Shown here piece by piece: positions 37,101 to 49,947 of a stretch of DNA of 64,000 nucleotides (positions within the stretch are counted from its first letter, which is position 1; every line of letters starts with the position of its first letter). The notes below the pieces were generated by a model. It had not been told where the DNA came from, searched no databases, and saw nothing but the letters and a program-made list of their open reading frames with translations. This DNA is from Paraphysomonas bandaiensis (lineage: Eukaryota > Protista > Chrysophyceae): assembly GCA_965644295.1 (NCBI GenBank), contig CBFFRP010000408.1, forward strand, positions 1 to 64,000, read 5' to 3'. A program made the position numbers and the translations under genes.

Positions 37101-38027
37101 GATAACTATTATCTTTGACAATTGCAATGAGTGCCGTGTTAGTCAAATGTGTTGTTTAATCATATTGTACTGTAACTAGGTACGCTCAAGATATGGCACA
37201 GACGGGGTGGCAGGGATTGCGAAATCATTTGGCAACTCTACATGCTAGATTTTATGCCGGTCTCTTTGCGGCCATACTATTAGTTGACTTTTGCTATCAA
37301 AGGTATTGGATAATATTTTGAACGTGTTCTGTGCTTACCAATTATTAGGCCAGTTATTATTGTGTTTGCCCTATATTCTTTTTGGCTTCCGCAAATTGCG
37401 TACAGTGCTTACATGGGATCAAGGAAACCACTACAATCCCGTTTTATTATAGGCATGTCTGTTTCCCGTCTATGGCTACCCCTTTATTTGTTTGGCTGCG
37501 AACGGAATTTGTATATGCTCTTGTCTGAAAAATCGACAACTTCTTTTGTCGGTTGTATAGTTTTAGTATTGTGGGTGGGCTTACAAGTTGTTGTTCTTCT
37601 CCTCCAGGTATGTTTTGTTTTGCCTTCCCCTTGTGATTACCAACGCAACGTGTTCAGAGTAAGTGGGGGCCTCGTTTCTTTATTCCCAGTCGCTTCCTTC
37701 CGGTCAAATATAATTATTATCGCCCTATTTCTAGGAGGCCTGCTTTGACCGGTGAACGCAGCGAGGGAGATGTTGAGTCTGGTGAATATGAATGTGTAAT
37801 ATGCTACACACCTGTCAGCCATTCGGCAAGGGAACATATGGTACGCCGATGCTCTATATGAGAACTTATGGATAAGATGATGATTATGCATAAGAACTAT
37901 TCATTAATATATATTTATGCAGGTTACACCATGCGACCACGTTTTTCACCAGGAATGTTTGTCGCGGTGGTTGGAGGTAAAATTAGAGTGTCCAGTTTGC
38001 AGATCGATATTGCCAGCCGATGATTGA
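34178..38027 (+). CDS. Multi-exon transmembrane RING-H2 E3 ubiquitin ligase, Tul1/Dsc1/FLY family
   Basis: QNISGLYKG, YSFWLPQI, RLWLPLYLFGC, WGPRFFIP, terminal ECVIC..YMVTPCDHVFHQECLSRWLEVKLECPVCR; start codon uncertain. Confidence 0.85.
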
Positions 38028-39317
38028 TGCTCTATCAATTCCGGCTAATATATATATTCGCGTGTGTGATAGTAACTAAGAAGTGCTAATTTGAATTTTA
38101 TATAAGAATGCAAACAGAGAAGCGAATACTGCTTATTATGAGCGTGTCACATATAGTCTTGCATCATCTAACCGAGAAGTCAAGGACAAAACCTAGCCCT
38201 CAATCTCAGATATGAGTTAAACACCAAGGGCTGTATAAAATAAACTGCACTGTATGAAGTGTATAATATGACATTGTAGAATATAGAATATATGTGAGTC
38301 GTATTCATGGTTTTGAACTATAACCACCTTCTACGTGCGTACTTGAAGCTTGTTGACGCCTATCGCTAGTAGCTATCCTGTATTCTATGTAGCAATGAAA
38401 TACACCAGCTATCTATGGATAAGGTAGTAACCTCCGTTATGCGCAAAAACCAGATTTGCGGGTTTGCTCCCTATACACGATAATTACGTACGATAAAACA
38501 CTTAATATAACTGTAAAAGTACCTAACACGGTCAACGTTGTCCTATTGTGACCCATCGTTGTGCTTGCGCTGAAAATTCTAATGCTATGATGAGTTGTAG
38601 TTGAACTGTACCATCGTCTAGTATTTTCTTCTGTAGTAAGACTGCTTCTACTCCTAGCTCGCTAGCAATCCAGTGTGTATGGCTTGCAGTCTACGAGATG
38701 TCGTAATTAGCGTTCGAAAACAAAATGGACGGAAGAGTCAAGAAACTAGATGCTTTTATGTCCATTTTTCAACAGTAGATAACTTTTTCAATATTATTTA
38801 ATGATAAGTACTGTGCTTTTAGTATAATGAAGCCCACATAGTGAGCTGCTTTTCGTTATAATGGACTTTGCGCTGAAAATGTATGGGTGACGGGATATGA
38901 GCAAATGAAGTTTTAAAAAAGATATGAGAAAACACGAAAGAAAATTTCTGTCAACATTAAGCTCAAATTATTATTAATTCACACGATCACATTTACATTA
39001 ATTCATTCCTTCAATGTAAATATAATTTTGTGCTCTATCCGGGTTTGACACTAACTTTTTTAGGGGTGGTCTATGACTGGTGTGGTAAGAATTAATATGT
39101 CGAATGACCCTTCTATCGACATTAGCAACACTCGGAAATCAATTTGATACCCCAGAACCTGTAAGTTAAACCAGGAGACGCGGTAGACCATCATTGTCCA
39201 TCACACGTAACTAATCAACTTGTGCTGTTTGCTGTTCTCTTTTGTTGTTGAATCTCTTAGTATGTTGCTTAATATTTCACCTTGATACTACAAATCACTA
39301 CTATATATAAACCTGAA

Positions 39318-41069
39318 GTTCTCTGCCCTACGATGGCAAATACAGTCCAACATAAAGTTTCACCCTATTAACCAGCTCCAAGCCCAATGTCTCTATTGAG
39401 ACCGTGGCTGAGTCACATCAGTGTGCCCAGGGCCTTTTACACTCCCTTACTGCTGCATTTTGTTGACCACCACGCTTCCGACAAATTACCTGTCACACCA
39501 TGTTGTACACGCTCCAAGCCCCCCTGCCTGGCCTTGCAACCTTCACCCTACTCAACTACTTCAGTTAAACCACGTGCCTGCACCAATGCAGCGCTGACCG
39601 CACCTATGTGCTATCCCCTCAGCAGACAACTTCGTCTCACCCATCGCTTTCTACGGCTACAACCTCTCAGAACATGGCTCGTGCGAGCAGGCTCACGGAA
39701 ACGACCCCCATGGACCCCCTATGCAATCACTGAATACTCTCGATCCCTCTTAACTGTGCAACAGGGCTGCCTTCTGCCGCCCACTCAACCCAACCCAACA
39801 TGGTTTGTCTGTGGTCTATGCACCCAGCAGACTACCCCCTCACCCTGTTCACCTATCACCCCCACAGCCCATCCATCTCATTGGATAGACACTGTATTCC
39901 GCATACGGTATACTCGAATACTGTACTACTGTGTCCTACAGGATGTATACTATTCCGTGTATACCTCTACTGCTGTTGGACACATCACCATGTCCATGTA
40001 CCTGTCTACCTGTACTGTTGGACACATCACCATGTCCATGTACCTGTCTACCTGTACTGTTGGACATATCACCATGTCCATGTACCTGTCTACCTGTACT
40101 GTTGGACACATCACCAGCTCTCTCTCTCTGTCCAACACACTCATATTATCACTGCAGTGTCCAACACACACACAGTACACTCTACCTCCTCCTAGAAAAC
40201 CCCCAGAAAAACTATCGCCTCTCCCTTCGTCTCTGATACCTTGCCGTCATCTTCCTTACACACACTCTCTATGCCTCAGTCTGTACCCCCCTGCACTGAC
40301 ACAGTCACTACCAAGGGCAGCTGAGGACGTCCGAGTGTCTCCTCCAGACCATCATCATCATCATCACGATCATCTCGTGCATAGGTCTATCAGAGTACTC
40401 GACCTCAGTGACTCTTGTTCTGTTGCGCAGTCTCACTCTCCTCAATCAGATGTTGCCTCTCTTGCACCATCACACTCCCTCTCGACTCCCTGTAGCTGGA
40501 CACACCGGATGACCCTCACATCCCACCCCTGTACAGCTATACACCCTCTTGCATGTGTTCTCTACCGCTGGCTAAGACAGCAAAAGAGCCGATTTCGACG
40601 CTTCTTCACAGTAGGCCATAACCTTTAGCAAGACCTTCATCCACATACCTCCAAGCCACTTGGAACAATGCCTAAAGGAAGGCCACCAGATCGCCAATCT
40701 CAGAAGGGCATATTACTGTTTCCCCTAACTGCCATAAGGCTAATAAGTCAGTCCCCGTGAGGTACATAAGGCTATCTATCATATAGCGAGTGGAGTCTCA
40801 TCCCAAGAGGAGACCTCCAGATCACACGCGCCGGTGAGTCCCAGGACACACGATCATGGCGAGCCTCATAACACACACTAAGAACGGAAGTGGGAAACCT
40901 TGGTGCTTGCGGCGACGCACAAGCAGCTTTCGTAGCGTTAAATAGTAGGATAAAAGAGTTTGTATTGATTAGTTGCGGGTAGTAGTCTAACTAGTATGAC
41001 TCTAGCATTCTTCTAGCCACTAATTGGTGCAGGCTTTCAACGCCTATTGCTAAATAATCAGACATTCAA
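39318..41069 (+). mobile_element. Decayed non-LTR retrotransposon copy with conserved 3' tail
   Basis: C/A-rich degenerate body ending in the family tail; TATATATAAACCTGAA on both sides (39302-39317, 41070-41085) is a possible TSD. Confidence 0.6.
39973..40116 (+). repeat. 42-bp minisatellite x ~3.4
   Basis: CTGTTGGACACATCACCATGTCCATGTACCTGTCTACCTGTA at 39973, 40015, 40057, 40099. Confidence 0.95.
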
Positions 41070-42714
41070 TATATATAAACCTGAAATTTTTCTGTGCCCG
41101 AAATGACTCACAAACCGTGACTCAACTGTGTAAGGACCAAGAAAAGTTTATCTCTTGTCTAGAGAGCGGGCTGCAATACGGTCTAGGGCGCACTTCCAGA
41201 AACACTACAAACCGAGATGTATGTATTGAGCAAACACCCATCTCGTTCAGCATAGGTCAACACAGGTCAATACTACATCATTACAATCGACACTTCACAC
41301 ACAAAACCACCATTCACCTACTAAAACAAAATATTTACATTCGAAAACTCGACTATCTACGAAATCACGTATTTTGTAAAATAAAACTTCGAAGTTCTGG
41401 ACTTCAGTCGAAATTGAAATATGAATCGCTATATGAAAAACTGAAAATCGAAACTCCAACTACTAAACTGAAGCTCCGAAGCACTCTAAAACCTGGAAAT
41501 CTCGAATATTGCGAACTAAAAGTGTAAGTTCCAGATACAGTGAGTACCCCTGTATATGTGAAACCTGCATATGCATATGCCTACATACCATAATATATGT
41601 ATACTGCTAAAGATATACACACACTATACAGGACAGTATATTATATATAATATAGGAATACACTCAGTGTACATAAACCACATACCTCCAAGCCACTTGG
41701 AACAATGCCTAAAGGAAGGCCACCAGATCGCCAATCTCAGAAGGGCATATTACTGTTTCCCCTAACTGCCATAAGGCTAATAAGTCAGTCCCCGTGAGGT
41801 ACATAAGGCTATCTATCATATAGCGAGTGGAGTCTCATCCCAAGAGGAGACCTCCAGATCACACGCGCCGGTGAGTCCCAGGACACACGATCATGGCGAG
41901 CCTCATAACACACACTAAGAACGGAAGTGGGAAACCTTGGTGCTTGCGGCGACGCACAAGCAGCTTTCGTAGCGTTAAATAGTAGGATAAAAGAGTTTGT
42001 ATTGATTAGTTGCGGGTAGTAGTCTAACTAGTATGACTCTAGCATTCTTCTAGCCACTAATTGGTGCAGGCTTTCAACGCCTATTGCTAAATAATCAGAC
42101 ATTCAATATATATAAACCTGAAATTTTTCTGTGCCCGAAATGACTCACAAACCGTGACTCAACTGTGTAAGGACCAAGAAAAGTTTATCTCTTGTCTAGA
42201 GAGCGGGCTGCAATACGGTCTAGGGCGCACTTCCAGAAACACTACAAACCGAGATGTATGTATTGAGCAAACACCCATCTCGTTCAGCATAGGTCAACAC
42301 AGGTCAATACTACATCATTACAATCGACACTTCACACACAAAACCACCATTCACCTACTAAAACAAAATATTTACATTCGAAAACTCGACTATCTACGAA
42401 ATCACGTATTTTGTAAAATAAAACTTCGAAGTTCTGGACTTCAGTCGAAATTGAAATATGAATCGCTATATGAAAAACTGAAAATCGAAACTCCAACTAC
42501 TAAACTGAAGCTCCGAAGCACTCTAAAACCTGGAAATCTCGAATATTGCGAACTAAAAGTGTAAGTTCCAGATACAGTGAGTACCCCTGTATATGTGAAA
42601 CCTGCATATGCATATGCCTACATACCATAATATATGTATACTGCTAAAGATATACACACACTATACAGGACAGTATATTATATATAATATAGGAATACAC
42701 TCAGTGTACATAAA
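40641..42714 (+). repeat. Tandem duplication, 2 x 1037 bp
   Basis: 40641-41677 matches 41678-42714; identical 136-aa ORFs at 41117 and 42154. Confidence 0.95.
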
Positions 42715-43030
42715 CCCCCAGGGTTACACTGAGCACGTTGTAACGAAAACAAAATCCCTCCTCATTCCTAGAAAAACTTTACAGAAATTGATGCTTTACG
42801 AGTACAAATAGCGGCACCTAAACCGAAAACGACATATGTTCAAGACTTTTAACATTGAGAACTATTGTATAAAACGAAGAGAGTAGTGGCAGGGAATTCA
42901 TTTCCGGATATCATACGTTAGTAACTACCGGTAAAGTAGATATCGAAGAGAAGCGGTTAATGTCATAAATGGGTATGCAGCAGTGCTGCAACTGTTGTTG
43001 AGCAACCAAGGGAGAGGGAAATATTTCAAG

Positions 43031-45392
43031 ACTCTTGCTAACATAGAAAGCTCTCTCTCTGTATGGCTCGGGGTTTCCTCTTAAAAGTTCTTCATGCACG
43101 TATCTGCGACCCGTTCTCAGATATCCGCAACAACTTATCATCTGCGCACTATAAAAGGTTCAAGAGTCCAACACGTTTGTATGGTGTCCACTACATTGTC
43201 AGGTGTAGTCATTCTCATGCGACGGATATCACCGACGGATAAGACATTCATCCACACATATTTCAGGACTATCGTTGACAAGCTTGCCTTTATATATATT
43301 TTTTCGCTCCTACTCCCACCATCGTCACTGTTGTAGTAAACATTCGCTTGCCTTCCGAAACAACATCATATGTTAAACAACGCAGGCTAAGGGAACAATG
43401 TTTCCAATACTCTGGCTAAAGTTAATTTATTCGTCACCAATATCTCCCCACATACCCCCTACGTCCTTAAAACGTTTGAATTCTGCTTCCTGTTGTCCAC
43501 CGTGGGGAAAATCTCTCCCTCAAGCCCCACATATCTCACTCTAAAGTGACGACACCAACCCCTTATTTGACTTTTTGAAATATTTCTTTTCTAAAGAGGG
43601 TAACATAACATCAAAGCATTCAGATCTTAGACAATATATGTTCATAGTGACTTCAGTGTCTCTGAGGTGAAAGCATCTACATTGTAGAATGCATTGATTG
43701 TGTCAACGGAAAATTATATTGAATTTAGCTTTACAAGCTTTTGGAGAATATGAGGAGCAATATGCTGAGCCATCGAATAATATTCCGTATTGGGCCCTAA
43801 GGTTGGTTGAGTTAAGTGCTCCCAAACTCTTCTTGTATAAAGCTGACTTCAGAGTCACGGAGGTCAATAGTTATTGAAACCTCAAAAACAGCGAATGTTT
43901 CACCGCTCTAGAATGGCCATATTATAATACAGATGCAGCAGATATATATTATATATTATGTGTAGAGGTGTATTAGGGTTAGGTAATATATGATCATAAT
44001 AGAGTAGCGCATATACCTTTTAGATATAGATGCTACAAAATCTAAAAATTGAGGAATTATTTCTCATCTAAGTGGTAAAACAACATTCTTTATATTTATC
44101 TCCAACATCATAATTACTCCAATTGCTCATAATTAGTGATTAAAAGTCAAAAGGACTATCAATTACTAAACAATTCAATTGCATAATATATATGATAATC
44201 AAGACTAGATTTGTAATCCGTAGTTAATCGTAAATTCATTATAATAGTTTCGTTGCTACGTTTACACATGTCATCAAAGACACTCTTCATTTACCTTATA
44301 ACTTTCTTTATTTGCAATGATAGTTGCAGTTCTATAAAGTTATGGCCTGTGGCCCCTGTGTCCAATCTGCATATTGCAGTCAGTATTATGATACACCAAC
44401 ACAACATTCATTATGTATACCAAAATCATTTTTAGACACTGATGACGTAGTCACTAGGTTTTTGTATTGGAGAGCCCTCCGGATTATATGAATATGGACA
44501 GGATGGCCATTCTAGAGCGGTGAAACATTCGCTGTTTTTGAGGTTTCAATAACTATTGACCTCCGTGACTCTGAAGTCAGCTTTATACAAGAAGAGTTTG
44601 GGAGCACTTAACTCAACCAACCTTAGGGCCCAATACGGAATATTATTCGATGGCTCAGCATATTGCTCCTCATATTCTCCAAAAGCTTGTAAAGCTAAAT
44701 TCAATATAATTTTCCGTTGACACAATCAATGCATTCTACAATGTAGATGCTTTCACCTCAGAGACACTGAAGTCACTATGAACATATATTGTCTAAGATC
44801 TGAATGCTTTGATGTTATGTTACCCTCTTTAGAAAAGAAATATTTCAAAAAGTCAAATAAGGGGTTGGTGTCGTCACTTTAGAGTGAGATATGTGGGGTT
44901 TGAGGGAGAGATTTTCCCCACGGTGGACAACAGGAAGCAGAATTCAAACGTTTTAAGGACGTAGGGGGTATGTGGGGAGATATTGGTGACGAATAAATTA
45001 ACTTTAGCCAGAGTATTGGAAACATTGTTCCCTTAGCCTGCGTTGTTTAACATATGATGTTGTTTCGGAAGGCAAGCGAATGTTTACTACAACAGTGACG
45101 ATGGTGGGAGTAGGAGCGAAAAAATATATATAAAGGCAAGCTTGTCAACGATAGTCCTGAAATATGTGTGGATGAATGTCTTATCCGTCGGTGATATCCG
45201 TCGCATGAGAATGACTACACCTGACAATGTAGTGGACACCATACAAACGTGTTGGACTCTTGAACCTTTTATAGTGCGCAGATGATAAGTTGTTGCGGAT
45301 ATCTGAGAACGGGTCGCAGATACGTGCATGAAGAACTTTTAAGAGGAAACCCCGAGCCATACAGAGAGAGAGCTTTCTATGTTAGCAAGAGT
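43031..45392. repeat. Long inverted repeat: 890-bp arms, 582-bp spacer
   Basis: 43031-43920 is the reverse complement of 44503-45392 (one mismatch seen); identical 80-aa ORFs on opposite strands. Confidence 0.96.
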
Positions 45393-46189
45393 TATACATC
45401 CGGATGTAAAAAACGACACTGACGATGTACCATTGTTTTTTGATGAGAGGAGTGAAAATGATAGTGACTAGAGTAGCCACGGTAGCCTGGTGAAATAATA
45501 CTACAGGAGTTTGAAATTGGTGCTTTGGTAAATAATCCTTTTCAACTAGGTTATAAAGTACTTTCATACAACGGCAGAGTGGCATATGAGTTTGAGTTCA
45601 ATCAAACCGACTACAGGATAATGAAGTATGGACTCTTAGTGGTATTAGAATTAATAGTGGACTGTGTGATGTTTGTATCTATATACCCGTCTGTATGTAT
45701 TTGACGAATATTTTCGTGATATGTAAAAATCGGATTAGCATAGCATTCATTGGACTATCGTTTATTTTGAATCCTCCCTGTATATGAAGTACTTACTTTC
45801 CTCTCTTGTATATATTAGAAAATATAGAATAATAGAAATATATTGCTAGAAGAGTGTAAAGTAAAAATAATGTGTAGCGCCACTCACACCGACATAATCA
45901 AACTAGCAAGAGCCACATGGAATTCAAACACCCCTCAGGTAGAGCACTACTAGACCGGCCACATTACTCCCAAACAATTATCCGACGCATTCGGACGTCA
46001 CGTATCCCACTCAGTGCTCGAACATCAGTTCCACGTCCTCGAAGTATCCATCACCTCTATCCTGCTCCCCCTATATAATCACAAGGCTGAGTTTTCATGT
46101 ATTAATCTGTATATGTATATGATCGCTGTAGTACGGTATATATATTCATAATACAGTACACTGCATAATAATCATTATTAGGAGAAACC

Positions 46190-46920
46190 AGGGATGGAGG
46201 AGCGTGCATGTCCGAAGTTTGTCAAGCTTATTGTGGTGTGGTTGGTAGACATCTTCACAATGTGAATGATGTCAGGGTGAGTGCAGGTGAGAAGCATGTG
46301 CGCTATGTTGTCTGTTGGGTATGCACAGTCTATGCATCATGCGGAAGCCGTTGCCCGGTTTTTCCTTTGGCTCAGTTTCTTCCCATTGCCTAGAATTTCT
46401 CCCATACGTATGCCGTCTCGCGTATACGCTCTGCGAGGGAGATGTAGTGTGTGGAGGAGTTATGGGTACGGAGAGGATGGAGCTTGTGTGGGAGCTTTTG
46501 TGCAGCATACATGCTATCTCGTCGGAGGGTGTATTGATGAGGTCCCACTGGTGGTGAAGATCTGTGACGTCTCCTGGCATGGAACCGAAGTCTGTGAGGA
46601 GATGTGTATTGTATCTTCGCCAGTGCCATTGACCCGTGGTAAAGAATTTTTCCAGTATGTGCGTAGCGTCAGTTGTGACAACACTGTAGTTGGAGTCTCC
46701 GAACACTCTGTATAGTGTCTTCCAATTGCCACTGGCGTCGGCGTCGGCGATATAAATGCCGTGGTCATACAAGAACAGTGGTATTGTTGCTTTGATCTTG
46801 TGTTTTACGTTCGGGGTGCGAGGGCGTCCATTCTTTTGGGCGCTGTTTAAGAGCTGTGGTGGTGAGGCATTCGTAAAATATTCCCTGGTGGCGAGAAAAC
46901 GACATAGCGGAACAATACTT
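46190..46920 (-). pseudogene. Non-LTR retrotransposon ORF2 C-terminal fragment
   Basis: C-x2-C-x8-H-x4-C knuckle CIDCAYPTDNIAHMLLTC at ~46283-46336 within a decayed C/A-rich ORF. Confidence 0.6.
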
Positions 46921-47678
46921 CCACTCTATTTATGCTGGTATTATAAGTTAGAAACATACAGTAACATGATATAAACCTATGATCAATATCACTTGCCAAT
47001 CGCCAAATTCATGTTGTCTCAACTACCAATCATTTCCATACAATCTTAGATAATATCACGATCTATACGGTTAATATATTTAAGTTTCACTACTATAACT
47101 GCTATCATGGCACTAGTTCTCATAATACAGCCAGTTAACTACTTCTGCATTATTCCTTTAACAGTCATAAGTCAAATATCTTTCAATTACAGCTTTCAAT
47201 TGCTCACAAATAGCAGAACTCAACAAAGTCAACTCATAGGTGTAACGGGTGACTAGTGATTATAGTCACAAAGAAATTAAAATTAGATACTGATGTGTGT
47301 GACTATATCAGATATAGGAGTGACTGGTGAGCGTATGTAAACAGATGTTCACCAGATGTTATATGAATATGTAGTGAAGTGGTTCACCAGACACTGCCAG
47401 TAGCATCACCTAGCACACATGCTTAATAAATATCTTCAACTGCAACGGATGCGCCATCATAAGAAAATTATCGTCAACTTGCTTCTAATGAGAAAACTGT
47501 CATCCAAACACAGAAAAAGAAGTGCGTATAAAAATATTCCTGATATACTTGATTATACCTTATACCTGTGATGTAACTCGGCATGACGTAATCAATGTTA
47601 ACTAACGTGTACTCTAACTTTAATGAATTAGTTTAAAACATTACCCAAATTTATCAAAGCGAGTATCCCAGTATATCC

Positions 47679-49379
47679 TCACACAATCCCCTCTTCGAAA
47701 ACAGGGTTATTAGATATTATTCGATCAAAAGAAAATATTGACAAATCCAGTGAAGAAAATTCTCCGTTAACAATAAGTTCCGCCATAGCTCTTCCAGCTG
47801 CAGGTGCTAATACGTACATTAACTATTTAACTGAATTCAGGAAACCAAATACCTTGCTGAAGGCCGTGGCCAGAAAACCCACTACAAATAAACATATTGT
47901 CGAAGCTAGAGTGGCGACCAATAATAGCGTTCTAATACTGTTATCAGACACTTTTGTCACTATTAGGAATGAATAATACTCACCTGGTCAAGTGTATTGT
48001 ATTCGTAGAACCCTGCCCATGAGCTCTTAACTTTAATTTCCCCAAATGCGGGCACACGTTCATAGAGACAAGGCCATATAGTACTCTCAAAAAGGTTGTG
48101 ATCAGGGTTTCTCAGAGTTTCAGAATCTGTGCAATCAGGGTCGTCGTCCTCCGTTGGGCACACGCCACATATAAATCTACCGTCAGTGCCTTCTGGCCTG
48201 AACCAAACTCCAGTGGGATCGACAGTGAGAGGAGTGTTAGGCGGAGGCACGGCGACTGTGTTACTGGGTGGGCGGTGGAATAGGAACACACTCCGCTTGC
48301 GTGGGCGCACTGGAAGGGGAGTAATGGAGGATGGGGACGAACATTTATTCGCAAGCATATCAACAAGAGCTCCAGACCACGGCCCACATGCATTAACAAC
48401 AACGCCGGGGTACAAAATGGAATCCTCCTCTACCGCTGGAACTGAACTTTGAACGCTCAACTGATTTATACGAACTGGCCCCGAATCGCCTAAGAAATTA
48501 GTAAGCAAAAATTCACATCGTCAAACGAAGTACCAATGTGTGTACTACCTGGTGACAGTATTGCGTCTGCAACAGACCCTGTGATATAAGTAACTCCTTG
48601 AGCCATTGCCTACACAGCATCCCAATAAGTACACAAAGCAAGAAGCACATCGATACCACCTTCTTCTTAACAGCAGTAAGAAATGCCCAAGGGTCAAAGT
48701 ACCCTTCGTTCTTACTACCATATGATCCAAGTGCAATATCACTGGTGTTTAACCAAGGAAAAGTTGAGGACAACATTGAAGGAAGCATAAGATCTACCCA
48801 AGTGACCCCACAAGTCTGTTGTGTTTCATTATTCTTTTCCATCTGACCACGCTTTCCTTCGGTCGCTAGAAAAAGGTAACCAGTTTCGTGAAACTAAGAG
48901 TACAGTAACCTCATTAAACGAGGTTAGCAAACGATATCATACAGCGCAACACCTGAAAATCAGGAACGAATCCATCAAGCTCAAGGATCTCTGGGTTTTT
49001 CAACAATTCAATCCCATACATCGACATTTTTATATTTTCCGGTAAAGAAAATTGCTGTCTGATACCTCCAGCCTATTGTAATGATAAAATTATACAATGT
49101 TACACTGCGAATACTGTACCGAGAGCATTGCAGATGCTGCAGAAAACAAAAATTTAGATTTATCAGAGCATCTTCATCACGCAGAAGCAGCACCTGTAAT
49201 ATATCTTGGATCCCTTTCCACGACAGCAATCTTAAGGTTTTTTTGCATTGACGACAAATAGTATGCGATGGACGATCCCATCACTCCACCTGGAACACAT
49301 GACGAAATCAACATCAGACAACACACGACAAGTAAAAACCTCCAATAATGACAACATCATGAGCAGACTTTCGCAGCAT
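47679..49379 (-). CDS. FOXRED1: FAD-dependent oxidoreductase, FOXRED1-like (multi-exon)
   Basis: DVVIIGGGVMGSS, GGIRQQFS, EGYFDPW, VVNACGPWS, LPVRPRKR, WAGFYEYNTLDQNAIIG, GFSGHGLQQ, C-terminal FEEGIV. Confidence 0.85.
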
Positions 49380-49947
49380 TGTACTCCACTCCCTCGCAAT
49401 AGGTAGCTATGTGTTTAGCAATACGTGGTGCAAGCTTAGTTTGGTGAAATATGTGTCAGAATGCATGCACAGTGTACGGAATGTTTGCAGTATGGGCCGG
49501 TGCGTATGCATGTATGCATGTGTGCATGTGTGCGTGATGTGATCGATGTCTAGATGTACGTGGAAAGTGTTCCACCAGATTGTACTCTTGCTGTATATCG
49601 AACTACTGTACATTTTTTCAATGCAATTGTTCAACCCTGTAGTATCGGCAGCCTTTGTATATTTTTGTTCAGAGATGCCTCTAATATTGAGACAATAATT
49701 ATCTGTATTACAGCCGTAGGTGTATATCAAAAATGTAGAAAATTTTTGCTTCAATTTATTTACGCAAAATACGATGCTGACTGCCGATACTGTACCTAAA
49801 AAAACAGCCTGCCTATCCGCGACTACGTTCGTCTGCTCTTTGCGATTTGTAGTTGTGTTCGTGTTCTGTCGGCACGGGCAGATATGCTTCACTAGGATCA
49901 GTTCCGTTCCGTGGTTAGATTGTCACTAAAATACAGCGAGGCAACTT

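Noticed and set aside
39387-40628. 413-aa ORF as a host gene
   Set aside because: Low-complexity C/A-rich text with a minisatellite, no domain motifs, inside a decayed retroelement
41500-41554. Tc1/mariner-like terminus (minus strand TA-CAGGGGTACTCA)
   Set aside because: No matching opposite TIR found, so no element can be defined
41117-42564. Duplicated 136-aa ORFs as genes
   Set aside because: GTG starts, no motifs; identity is explained by the tandem duplication
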